DNA of 64,000 nucleotides from NCBI GenBank assembly GCA_039208735.1, contig JBCCQY010000014.1, positions 26,916 through 90,915 on the forward strand, read 5' to 3'. Source of the DNA: Myxococcota bacterium (GTDB taxonomy: Bacteria > Myxococcota_A > UBA796 > GCA-2862545). The notes under the pieces were generated by a model, which was given only the letters and a program-made list of their open reading frames with translations, did no database searches and was not told the origin of the DNA. This document shows, piece after piece, positions 48,685-57,264 of this stretch; the stretch's first letter is position 1; each line of letters starts with the position of its first letter. The translations under genes were made by a program, and so were the position numbers.

Positions 48685-49511
48685 CGGCGCTTCACTTCGG
48701 CGGTCGCCACCCCATCAACCGCATCGAGACGACGAAGGCCCGCATGGCCTTGATTCCAGTACGTTTGTCGCACCAGCGCCTTGGCTTCGTCGGCCGGGCG
48801 ATCGAAGACGGCGACGAAGACTTCAGGCCCGGGTGCCCCGTCCAGCATCACGGTACCGGGCAGCTCAACGACCTCCAGGGCCTCGAGCGGTTCGGGGGCA
48901 ACGCCCTCGATGGGGAAGAACACCGAGATCATGCCCGTGCCGTCCACCGAAAGGAGCACTACGCCCGAGTGGTCGCTCCGAACGACCCGAAACCCAAGGA
49001 CGTCGCCTGCACCTACGGGAGTGGCGGGATCGTAGGGGTGCAGTTCGCCACCTTGGGCAACGAACAACTGAAGCGCTTCGCCACCCCGAATCGCATAGGC
49101 CGCATCGGTCGAGGCCTCGCGGTTCGTGAAGATGCCAAACACGCCGATAAGCACCGCGGCTGCGAGCAACAACCCGGAGACCACCCCGGGAAACACCCGT
49201 GGGCGTCGACGGCTAGCCAGGTTCACCACGGGTTCTGGGGGTTCGCCACGCGCAGAGTCATCGACCTCTGGGTCGATGAGGGCATCATCGTAAATCGGCG
49301 TCGGAGATTCGTCGGGCAACGCGGCGGCTCGTGCCCGCAGGGCCGCGATGTCGAGGGCGGGCAGCTCTGCTTTCGCCTTTGGGATCGCCTCGAGATGCGC
49401 ACGGCTGCGGTCGTCGAGGGCCGCTTCCACCTTTGCAGCTTCCTCGGGGGAGAGTTCACCGGTCATATACCGGTCGAGAACCAGCTTCGAGAGGTGATGG
49501 GGTTCGTTCAT
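48681..49511 (-). CDS. Membrane-bound anti-sigma factor: Zn-ligand-free ZAS-like N-terminus, TM segment, DUF4384-like extracytoplasmic domain
   Basis: HLSKLVLDRYMTGELSPEEAAKVEAAL; TM segment GVVSGLLLAAAVLIGVFGIF; GDVLGFRV, VLLSVDGTG.ISVFFP, LPGTVMLDGAPGPEVFVAVF; ATGA overlaps on both sides. Confidence 0.8.
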   Translation of the reverse strand: MNEPHHLSKLVLDRYMTGELSPEEAAKVEAALDDRSRAHLEAIPKAKAELPALDIAALRARAAALPDESPTPIYDDALIDPEVDDSARGEPPEPVVNLASRRRPRVFPGVVSGLLLAAAVLIGVFGIFTNREASTDAAYAIRGGEALQLFVAQGGELHPYDPATPVGAGDVLGFRVVRSDHSGVVLLSVDGTGMISVFFPIEGVAPEPLEALEVVELPGTVMLDGAPGPEVFVAVFDRPADEAKALVRQTYWNQGHAGLRRLDAVDGVATAEVKRR

Positions 49512-50020
49512 CTCGCGACTCCGGCAATGACGCCCAACCGTTGGCGGGCACGGACCAGAAAGTTGTGGATGCGCTTACGCACCGTTGGAACGGATAGGCC
49601 GACCAACGCCGCCGTTTCTTCCCGCGTGCACTCGTCGAAGTACGTATGGACCACGCAGGCGCGGGTCTGTGCATCGGCCTCATCAAGCAAGTCTAGGATT
49701 CGGCCAAGATCTTCATGGTCCTCAACCTCTCGACTCAACGCTGCGGGAACCACTTGGTCGCTATGCTGGTCGAGCTTCTGCTGACGCGACGAACGGTTGC
49801 GCAGCTGGTTGAGGCTGTAGTTCGTGGAGATCTTGTACATCCAGGTGAGGGGGCTCGCTTGTTGGCGGAAGGTCTCGGCGTGCTTGATGACCCGCGCGAA
49901 CGTCTCCTGCACCGCATCCCGAGCCGCCTCATCATCGCGTAGAATCGAGCGACAACGATGATAAAGGACGGCGGCATAGCGGTCGTAGAGTTCGGCGATC
50001 TCGGCGTCGGTCAATTCCAT
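49508..50020 (-). CDS. ECF RNA polymerase sigma factor
   Basis: Region 2 ARDAVQETF...TWMYKISTNYSLN; region 4 ETAALVGLSVPTVRKR; 170 aa. Confidence 0.93.
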   Translation of the reverse strand: MELTDAEIAELYDRYAAVLYHRCRSILRDDEAARDAVQETFARVIKHAETFRQQASPLTWMYKISTNYSLNQLRNRSSRQQKLDQHSDQVVPAALSREVEDHEDLGRILDLLDEADAQTRACVVHTYFDECTREETAALVGLSVPTVRKRIHNFLVRARQRLGVIAGVAR

Positions 50021-50138
50021 GAACGGGACTCGTCGGATAGACCCGCCAAGCGGGCGGAAGGAAAACGAAAACACGGCGCGGGCGATTGGTACCACCGTAG
50101 TCGCTCCGGTCGAGCCTCTGGTCGCGGCGAGGACGTGC

Positions 50139-51290
50139 GTGCGCAAAACAGGATTCGAGGAACGTCACGAACCGATCGTCGTTGGCGATCCTGACGTCGG
50201 CCGAACCCTGGGAGAGGCGTTGCTCTGCCAGGGTGACGTCGACCGCGGGACCCACGGGTTTCACACCTACCCTGCGGGATTGCATCCCGACGCGGCCCAG
50301 CGCCTTGTGCATGCTTTTCCCGGCTCGGTGCTCGACCCGTTCTGTGGCGGCGGCACCGTGTGCGTCGAGGGCCGCATCGCGGGAAGGGTCACGGTGGGAA
50401 GCGATGTGTCGCCGGTAGCGCTCATCGTGGCGCGGACGCGGACGACCACCGAAACCGAAGCCGTGCTCACCACGTTTCGCTCGGCGGCCCGCAAAGCGAC
50501 CGAACGAGCCCGGTCGGCTCGCGACCTGCCTCCGCCCAACATCTTGCGGGTGGTGGAGCCTTGGTACGCTCCGGCGGCACTGACTGAACTCGAGTCGCTT
50601 CGTCGATCGATCGCCGAATCCGATCCAGCGGTGCGGGATCTCCTGTGGACCTGCTTCTCCTCGATCCTCGTGAAGGTGAGCTGGCGCAAATCGGACACTT
50701 CGGCGAAGCGCGTCAAGCACGTTCGCCCCGCTGGCACGACGGCGGTGCTCTTCCACAAGAAGGTCCGCGAACTCGGTCGACGCATTGCAAGCCTGCGTGA
50801 ACTCGTGCCGGCCGACACGCCGCCCACCACGTTTTGGTACCAAGATGTGCGGCGGTTGACGCTCCCTGAGCCGGTTGACGTCGCGATTACGTCCCCGCCT
50901 TACCCAAGCACCTACGACTACCTTTCCCTACAGCATTTGCGGCTCGTGTGGATGGGGCTTCGAGACGAAGGGCGCGAGATTGGGGCGCGCCGCCAGTGGC
51001 GCGAGGGCGAACGGCAGGCCCGACGCCAATGGCGAGAAGACACCGTGGCCTGGACCCAGAACGTTGCCGACCAGCTCCGACCGGGTGGTCATCTGGTGGT
51101 CGTGATCGGGGATGGCGTCACGCCTGCGGGCAGCGTCGATACATCGGCGGTGACGGAAGACGCGGCGAAGGCCGCGGGACTCGACGTGGTGGCCCGAGCC
51201 AGCATCGAACGAGTCGATCACGCGCGAGAACGCATGCGATTCGAACACGCATTTGCGTTCGCGAAGACCAGGAGTTCGGAGGGAGAATGA
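50139..51290 (+). CDS. SAM-dependent amino-methyltransferase, N4-cytosine DNA MTase-like (SPPY); no partner nuclease nearby
   Basis: THGFHTYPA, VLDPFCGGGT motif I, GSDVSP, ITSPPY motif IV, LRPGG, VVIGD; GAGGA RBS before GTG 50139. Confidence 0.8.
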   Translation: MRKTGFEERHEPIVVGDPDVGRTLGEALLCQGDVDRGTHGFHTYPAGLHPDAAQRLVHAFPGSVLDPFCGGGTVCVEGRIAGRVTVGSDVSPVALIVARTRTTTETEAVLTTFRSAARKATERARSARDLPPPNILRVVEPWYAPAALTELESLRRSIAESDPAVRDLLWTCFSSILVKVSWRKSDTSAKRVKHVRPAGTTAVLFHKKVRELGRRIASLRELVPADTPPTTFWYQDVRRLTLPEPVDVAITSPPYPSTYDYLSLQHLRLVWMGLRDEGREIGARRQWREGERQARRQWREDTVAWTQNVADQLRPGGHLVVVIGDGVTPAGSVDTSAVTEDAAKAAGLDVVARASIERVDHARERMRFEHAFAFAKTRSSEGE

Positions 51291-51790
51291 TCGAAAGCCG
51301 AATCTTGCAGGCGCAGTTTCCAAACGACGGCGTACTCGAGTGGATCGGCATTCGTCCTGCGCGTCATGCGCCTATGGAGGAGCGCGAATCACTCGAGGCC
51401 ATCGCTGACAAAGGGCTAGCGGGCGATCGGACGGCGGCGGGACGTGGGGGTGGCAAACGCCAGGTCACGTTCATCCAGGCCGAGCACCTTCCCATCATTG
51501 CGGCCCTCTTGAAACGCGACGAACTCGATCCCATGATCCTCCGTCGAAACATCGTGGTGAGTGGCATCAATCTCACGGCGTTGCGCGGCCGACGGTTCCA
51601 AATCGGTGAGGCCATCTTCTTGGGTACTGGGCCGTGTGCACCATGCTCCAAGATGGAAGAGGACCTTGGAACCGGGGGATACAACGCGATGCGGGGCCAC
51701 GGAGGCCTCACCGCCAAAGTACTGCGCGGAGGCTTCCTGCGCAGAGGTGACGCGGTACGTGCGCTTCCCGACGAGTCCGACTCGGACTGA
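51287..51790 (+). CDS. MOSC domain protein, YiiM-like
   Basis: GLAGDR, RQVTFIQAE, LRRNIVVSG, CAPCSKM, GLTAKVLRGG.LRRGD. Confidence 0.9.
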   Translation: MIESRILQAQFPNDGVLEWIGIRPARHAPMEERESLEAIADKGLAGDRTAAGRGGGKRQVTFIQAEHLPIIAALLKRDELDPMILRRNIVVSGINLTALRGRRFQIGEAIFLGTGPCAPCSKMEEDLGTGGYNAMRGHGGLTAKVLRGGFLRRGDAVRALPDESDSD

Positions 51791-51856
51791 TGTGGCATCC
51801 ATCGCCAATGCCGCGGAGTGGTCGATAGGGGAGATTTGGCGCAGGGGAAGGAGACT

Positions 51857-54694
51857 GTGGTGTCCTCGTTCCTTCGTCTCGGCGTGCTTGCTGTACTCGG
51901 ATGTCGCGCCCCCACCGAACCTCCGCCTCCAGTCGAGGATTCGACGGGGCCCGAACCGGTTCCCACCCAACCGACGGCGGCCGTCCCGACGGGTGATACA
52001 GGCCCGGCGCCGGTGGACCGAGGCCTTGAGTTTCCCTCCGATGCAGGCGTTCTCGATGTGACCGACCCCTTCTTCGGGGTGATTCCCGATGACGGCATCG
52101 ACGACACGGTCGCATTGCAACGCTTGTTCGACCTCATGACGCCAGGGTCGCTCATCGTGTACCTGCCCGAAGGGACGTACGACCTTTCCGGGCCCGTAGA
52201 ACTGCGCAAGGTGCGGTTTCAGGCCGAGGCGGAAGATCTCGCCTACACGGGTTGGACCCTGCAGACCGATGGCGAACGCACCTGGCTCGAGGCCACCGAT
52301 CCGGGAACCGGTCCCGATGATGCGGGCCGCATCACCTTTACGTTCGATGCGATCGCTGCGAACCGGGCGATGAGCCTGTCCCACCGGGTGCCCGGCGACA
52401 ATGGCAACGCGTTCTACTACCGCGTCAATGGTGGCGAGTGGCGAAACAACGGACGGCCCTTCAACGGCAATGACGCCTGGCGAAGCGGTGTCGTCACGAC
52501 GAACATCCCGTTGGACACCGGAAGCAACACCGTCGAGATTGCGGTCGATGAGCCTGGGTTCGCCATTGACAGCATCAGCATCCAGTACCTGTCGAACTAC
52601 CTCAACGACACCATCATCCAAGGCGCCGGTCGCGACCGTACGATTCTTCGGTTGGCTGACGGGCTCACCGATGACGAAGGGGAACCTCTGAACGCGGCTG
52701 TCCTGGGGTGGGAGAGTGGGGTTGAGCAGTTCTTCCGCACCGCGGTGCGCGACCTCACCCTAGATGTGGGGCAAGGCAACCCGCTGGCCGATGGTCTTCG
52801 ATTCCACGGCAACAACCAGTCGACGGTGGCCGACGTGCGCATCGTCGCCGGGCCCGACTCGGGCGATGTCGGTCTTGACCTCGCCCATACGGCAGCGATC
52901 GGGCCCATTCTGGTGCGAGATCTGCTCGTCGAAGGCTTCGATGTGGGAATTCATTCCGCCTGGCAAAACGCGAGTCGCACATTCGAACGCATCGAAGTCC
53001 GAAACCAGCGAACCTACGGATGGGTAAACGAAGCGGCGAGCACCATCTTCGTTCGGGGATTGACAAGTGACAACGCAGTCACCGCGTTTCGCAACAGCAG
53101 CTGGCGCTTGCCGGGCGATGGACAAGGGCGCGTGGTCCTCATCGACAGTACGCTGACCGGCCTGCCCGGCGCGAAGAAGGTCGACGCCATCCATTCGTTG
53201 GGCAATCTGTACGCTCGAAACGTGTCAACCTCGGGCTACGCAAGGGCCTTAGACAACTTCAATCAGGCGCCCTTTCGGGCGTACCGCGGTCAAGATGGCG
53301 TGGACGGTGACTTCATCGGGGAATGGTGGACGTCGGGCGCCAACTCCGGAGACGGGGGCGGGCTCGCGCGGTCCTTCCCTGGGGCCGACACCATGCCAGG
53401 TCTGCCCATCGAGGATGCGCCGACGGTGGCTTGGGACCCACCCGAGACCTGGGAAGGTCCCCAGAGCTTTCCCATCGAGCTCGAACCCGGGGTGATGAGC
53501 GGGTTTCCGAACGATGGCATCGATGACACGGCAAGCATTCAAGCCGCGATGGACAGCGGAGCCTCCACCATCTACCTGCCTAATGGAAAGTGGACGGTCA
53601 ACGGCCTCATCGAGGTGCCGGCGACGGTACGGCGGTTCCTCGGCACCGAGGCATCGATGAACGCCGCAGACGGAGAACAGGGCGTGGTCCGATTGCTGGC
53701 CGGCTCCGATCCGTTGATCGTCGAGCGTTGGGCCAGCTTCTTCTTTGGCGGAGCCCCCGTCATCTTCGAGCACGCTTCGGACCGTACCGTCGTGTTCAAC
53801 GACGTCACCGGCCTGCGCTACGAGCCCGTGGCAACCCCGCCGGGCGACCTGTTCTTGCAAGACACCGTGGGGGAATCCATCCGGTTTGTCGCGGGCCAGC
53901 GCGTGTGGGCCCGACAGCTGAACATCGAGACGGACAATACCGATCCCGACGCCAACCTTCCGGCCAAAATCGTCAACGAAGGGGCCGAGGTGGTCGTCCT
54001 TGGATTCAAGACGGAGTCGGCAGGGGTCCACGCTCGCACCACCGACGGTGGAGTGACCGAGTTGCTCGGCAATCTCCAAAACAACTTTTTCGGCCGCGAT
54101 ACCCCCCAGTACGAGGTGGTTGACGCCACCTTCGGCATTGTGGTCAACGTGTTGGTGAACAGCGAGCCCGATACCACCTACGGCACGGTGGTCGAGACCC
54201 AGAATGGCGTGACGACCGAGGGATTGGTCAACGCAACGGGCTACGTGGCGTTGGATTCGGCAACCCTGTGGGACCTTCGCGGCGAGGTCGTGCTGGACGA
54301 TGTCGATGGTGTGTATGAAGGGGTGTGGGAAGAAGTGGATTCCTTCCCACGGGGTCACATTGGCACAGGCTACCGCTTCGCGGAGGGCGAGGCGGCCAAT
54401 CGGGTCACCTACACCCCTGAACTCCCCGTCGCTGGCGACTACGAAGTCTACGTGCGGTGGGTGGCGGACTGGGGGGGCCAGCCGCATAGCGGGCATGCGA
54501 TGCAGGCCACCTTCGAGGTTGTCCACGCCGCGGGAACCACGCCCACCACCGTCAATCAAGACGTGACGAGCGACGGGTGGTTTTCGCTAGGCGTCTACGG
54601 TTTCGAAGCGGGTTCGGCCGGCTCGGTCCAGCTCTCGGGCGCAAACGCGGATGGGCGAATCCTCACCGATGGGGCGCGTTTCGTGCGGCAGTGA
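51857..54694 (+). CDS. Lipoprotein beta-helix glycoside hydrolase (Pectate_lyase_3/GH55-like) with an inserted CBM-like domain and C-terminal golvesin/xanthan-lyase-type module
   Basis: Lipobox VLGC; two helix starts PDDGIDDTVALQ...YLPEGTY and PNDGIDDTASIQ...IYLPNG; WARQLNIE; C-terminal YTPELPVAGDYEVYVRW...VNQ...WFSLGVY...DGARF. Confidence 0.8.
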   Translation: MVSSFLRLGVLAVLGCRAPTEPPPPVEDSTGPEPVPTQPTAAVPTGDTGPAPVDRGLEFPSDAGVLDVTDPFFGVIPDDGIDDTVALQRLFDLMTPGSLIVYLPEGTYDLSGPVELRKVRFQAEAEDLAYTGWTLQTDGERTWLEATDPGTGPDDAGRITFTFDAIAANRAMSLSHRVPGDNGNAFYYRVNGGEWRNNGRPFNGNDAWRSGVVTTNIPLDTGSNTVEIAVDEPGFAIDSISIQYLSNYLNDTIIQGAGRDRTILRLADGLTDDEGEPLNAAVLGWESGVEQFFRTAVRDLTLDVGQGNPLADGLRFHGNNQSTVADVRIVAGPDSGDVGLDLAHTAAIGPILVRDLLVEGFDVGIHSAWQNASRTFERIEVRNQRTYGWVNEAASTIFVRGLTSDNAVTAFRNSSWRLPGDGQGRVVLIDSTLTGLPGAKKVDAIHSLGNLYARNVSTSGYARALDNFNQAPFRAYRGQDGVDGDFIGEWWTSGANSGDGGGLARSFPGADTMPGLPIEDAPTVAWDPPETWEGPQSFPIELEPGVMSGFPNDGIDDTASIQAAMDSGASTIYLPNGKWTVNGLIEVPATVRRFLGTEASMNAADGEQGVVRLLAGSDPLIVERWASFFFGGAPVIFEHASDRTVVFNDVTGLRYEPVATPPGDLFLQDTVGESIRFVAGQRVWARQLNIETDNTDPDANLPAKIVNEGAEVVVLGFKTESAGVHARTTDGGVTELLGNLQNNFFGRDTPQYEVVDATFGIVVNVLVNSEPDTTYGTVVETQNGVTTEGLVNATGYVALDSATLWDLRGEVVLDDVDGVYEGVWEEVDSFPRGHIGTGYRFAEGEAANRVTYTPELPVAGDYEVYVRWVADWGGQPHSGHAMQATFEVVHAAGTTPTTVNQDVTSDGWFSLGVYGFEAGSAGSVQLSGANADGRILTDGARFVRQ

Positions 54695-54700
54695 CGTGAA

Positions 54701-55081
54701 TCACTCGGATTGGCCCTCGTAGTCATCGTACTCGTGGTACTTCAGGGCCTGCCCGCGGACCCGTTCTACCGGATACTTGGCCTCGGCCTTGCGCAGCTTC
54801 GCATCAAGGGCCGACGCCAGATCGATGCCGGCTCGATCGCAAAAGTTCAGCAGGCATATGAGCACGTCGGCTGCTTCGTCCGCGACCTTGGCGGCTCGCG
54901 GAGGATGAAGCGGCTGCGGCCCCTCGTCGGTGCACCACAGGTAGAGTTCGAGCAGCTCTCCCGCCTCGACGGACAGCGCCATTGCAAGGTTTCGCGGTGA
55001 GTGGTACCGCCCCCAGTCCCGCGCCTCCGCGAATGCGCGGACCCGGGCCGAAAGGTCGGCCAGTGTGGGTTCGTCGCTCAA
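54701..55081 (-). CDS. MazG-like nucleotide pyrophosphohydrolase, dCTP pyrophosphatase-like
   Basis: FAEARDWGRYHSPRNLAMALSVEAGELLE, DEAADV, KYP; TTG 55081 overlaps the upstream stop. Confidence 0.9.
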   Translation of the reverse strand: MSDEPTLADLSARVRAFAEARDWGRYHSPRNLAMALSVEAGELLELYLWCTDEGPQPLHPPRAAKVADEAADVLICLLNFCDRAGIDLASALDAKLRKAEAKYPVERVRGQALKYHEYDDYEGQSE

Positions 55082-55707
55082 CGGCGCCTCGCCTCGGCCA
55101 CCAGGTCGCCCACCGTCGAGGGCAACGCACCCTTGAGCGCCTTGTCCTGAATCCAGCGGGCCAACGTTCCGCTCCGCGAGCACACTTGATAGGCGACCTG
55201 AATGCCGTCGTCGACGGCGGTGAGGTACCAGCCACCGATGTTGACCGACAGTTCGACGGCCGAAGCGTGCCGCGTCCGGGTCGCGGTGACGAAACCCTTG
55301 TGGTCCGTATCGGACGGTAGCGGTGACCAGCGCACGACCCGTCGTCCCTCGGCCTGCTCCATCGTGGCGCGGACAAACCAGAACCGGTCACTCACGATCG
55401 CGACGTCTAGGTACTGGTAGTACTCGAGGAGTTCGTCGGTTCGCGTGAGCCACTCGCTCTCGGTAATCTTGGCCGACGACCAGCGCACGGCGCTCACAGG
55501 GTCTTTCGCGACGGCGAAGAGTCTGTCCAGTTCGACATCGCCGACTTGGGTTACGGCGCGAAAGCAGCTTTCGCCTTCGACTTCAGCCATCGAAAGCGTG
55601 ACTTGACCCACCGCCCAATGCTTCGATTCGCTCACCGTCGTCCATTGCGCAGTCTCGAGCTGCGCATGGGTTGGTGCGGCCAACGCGGCCGACAGCGAAA
55701 GGATCAT
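55078..55707 (-). CDS. Secreted START/SRPBCC-like protein
   Basis: Short signal peptide; YYQYLDV..VSDR, VRWS, GGWYLT, VAYQV...G.LARWI pattern. Confidence 0.65.
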   Translation of the reverse strand: MILSLSAALAAPTHAQLETAQWTTVSESKHWAVGQVTLSMAEVEGESCFRAVTQVGDVELDRLFAVAKDPVSAVRWSSAKITESEWLTRTDELLEYYQYLDVAIVSDRFWFVRATMEQAEGRRVVRWSPLPSDTDHKGFVTATRTRHASAVELSVNIGGWYLTAVDDGIQVAYQVCSRSGTLARWIQDKALKGALPSTVGDLVAEARRR

Positions 55708-55728
55708 CTCTCCTCCGAAACGGCAGCC

Positions 55729-57264
55729 TCAGCCACGGTAGGCCTCTGGCTGCTCGATGCGGCTCAGCACCCAATCGAAGCGTCCGGTGGTGATCTTCGA
55801 ATCGCAGTAGCCACAGATTCCGGTCTCCGCGACGCGATCGAGGGGAGCGCCACAGTTCGGACAGCCCGGTTCATCCCCTCGCGAAGTTCCGTCGGTTCCC
55901 GCCGCGCGGAGGAAGGTCCAGTACTCTGAGAATTCACGAGCCACTCGGGCATTTCCCCCAATGACATGGCCTCGAGCATCAACGATGCTGTCGCGCATCG
56001 CGCCCCAGATCCGCACGGTGATGGACTCGTACCACGCGTCGAGCTCGACCTTGACAATCCTGACCCTTCTCAACACGACCTCATCGAGGCGATTGCGCAA
56101 TCCGTGGGCCGTATAGCGCTCCACCCAAAAGCGAAGGCTCTGGTACATGCGATCGGTGACGTAGGGCCGCGCATCGTGCCACGTGCCGGCCGACCAGGCT
56201 CGTTGCACGGCATGGTAGACGCGGTCCACGCGTTGGCCAAACCGGGCCGAGTCAAATTGCGGATGGCGCGCTTGCATCGCTCGCATCGATGCCGCGAGGT
56301 CCACCGCCTGAACCATTGGCACATGAACCGAGCCCTCGGTGCCTCCGCTGGTGAATCCAACCTCGGGAATGACGGCTCGGCGTCGTGCCGTGACGACTGC
56401 AAATCGCGCTTGCCAAGCTAGCTGTCCAGCGGTAATCGCGGTGCCGCAGTTCGTGCATGCGCCGAACGGCGTCACTTCGATTGCAGCACCGCAGCTCGGA
56501 CACCCCAGGGCGAGGGCTTGCTCTGGGGCCTGGCTCCGTGCGTCGTGGTGACGCTGAAAGACCCATTGCTCACGAAGCATCACCCGCTGTTCCGTGCCGT
56601 TGTGCAGGCGTTCGGTTTGGGTGGAATCGAACCGCACCGTGAGGTGGTCGTACTGTCCCCGTCGCTCCGCCTTCACGATCGAGACCCCACCGACGACCAC
56701 CTCGTGAACCCCCGCGGCTCCCGGGTGGCTCGACTCGAGCTTCTCGCGCGCTTCGGGGGCTACGAAGGGGACCAGAAGCGCCCATTCCTTGTCACCGCGA
56801 CCCAACGCCTCATGGGCACGCCGATGCACGAGCAGGGCGAAATCAAGGAACACGGTAATCGAGAAGCCAGGATCGTGGTTCTTGAGCGCCTTGATGCCCA
56901 CCGTGGCCTGGCCAGGACGGGGCCCGCTCACGGTGACGTCCGGAAGTCGGGCACTGCGATGAACTTGGTGCTGCCCCTGTTCGGACCAGAACGTCCGGGC
57001 GTAGAGGAACCCGCACGTCATGATGAGGAGGGGCACGCCAATGACGGGCTGCTCGATGCAGAGCTGCAACAGTAGGATGAGCAGGTCGAGCGGAATGCCA
57101 TCGCCTCCTCCGCCGCTTCCTCCGCTGCCACCTCCACCGTTGCCTCGCCCAAACGACTCTCCTCCGCCGACCCTGGCCAGAGCATCTTCAGGACAGAGGA
57201 GCAGGACGGCGAGAAGGCCCAACCCTACCCAAACAAGCCAACGCTCAAGGCGCGGTCGCGTCAC
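55729..57264 (-). CDS. Membrane protein with two Tim44-like domains, each followed by a zinc ribbon
   Basis: ALARVGGGESFG plus Gly-rich linker; DPGFS...F, EQWVFQR, CPSCGA..CTNCG; HPQFD...VQRAW, FSEYWTFLR, CPNCGA..CGYC, DWVLSRIEQ. Confidence 0.85.
   Translation of the reverse strand: MTRPRLERWLVWVGLGLLAVLLLCPEDALARVGGGESFGRGNGGGGSGGSGGGGDGIPLDLLILLLQLCIEQPVIGVPLLIMTCGFLYARTFWSEQGQHQVHRSARLPDVTVSGPRPGQATVGIKALKNHDPGFSITVFLDFALLVHRRAHEALGRGDKEWALLVPFVAPEAREKLESSHPGAAGVHEVVVGGVSIVKAERRGQYDHLTVRFDSTQTERLHNGTEQRVMLREQWVFQRHHDARSQAPEQALALGCPSCGAAIEVTPFGACTNCGTAITAGQLAWQARFAVVTARRRAVIPEVGFTSGGTEGSVHVPMVQAVDLAASMRAMQARHPQFDSARFGQRVDRVYHAVQRAWSAGTWHDARPYVTDRMYQSLRFWVERYTAHGLRNRLDEVVLRRVRIVKVELDAWYESITVRIWGAMRDSIVDARGHVIGGNARVAREFSEYWTFLRAAGTDGTSRGDEPGCPNCGAPLDRVAETGICGYCDSKITTGRFDWVLSRIEQPEAYRG

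Noticed and set aside
49254..49300. Acidic linker IDPEVDD in the anti-sigma, resembling a DEVD caspase site
   Set aside because: It lies on the cytoplasmic side of the TM helix while the protease appears exported, and bacterial C14 enzymes generally prefer Arg/Lys.
50021..50138. Autoregulatory ECF promoter upstream of the sigma gene
   Set aside because: A GTCTA -10-like element and a short CCCGC/GCGGG inverted repeat exist, but there is no AAC-type -35 and no second copy in the window to support it.
15847..51290. The two methyltransferases and MazG as a restriction-modification or defence island
   Set aside because: They are far apart, embedded among housekeeping genes, and have no nuclease, specificity subunit or mobility gene beside them.
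57096..57170. CCT/CCG-rich low-complexity repeat, and the Pro-codon repeats at about 63170-63305
   Set aside because: Explained by Gly-rich and Pro-rich protein linkers.
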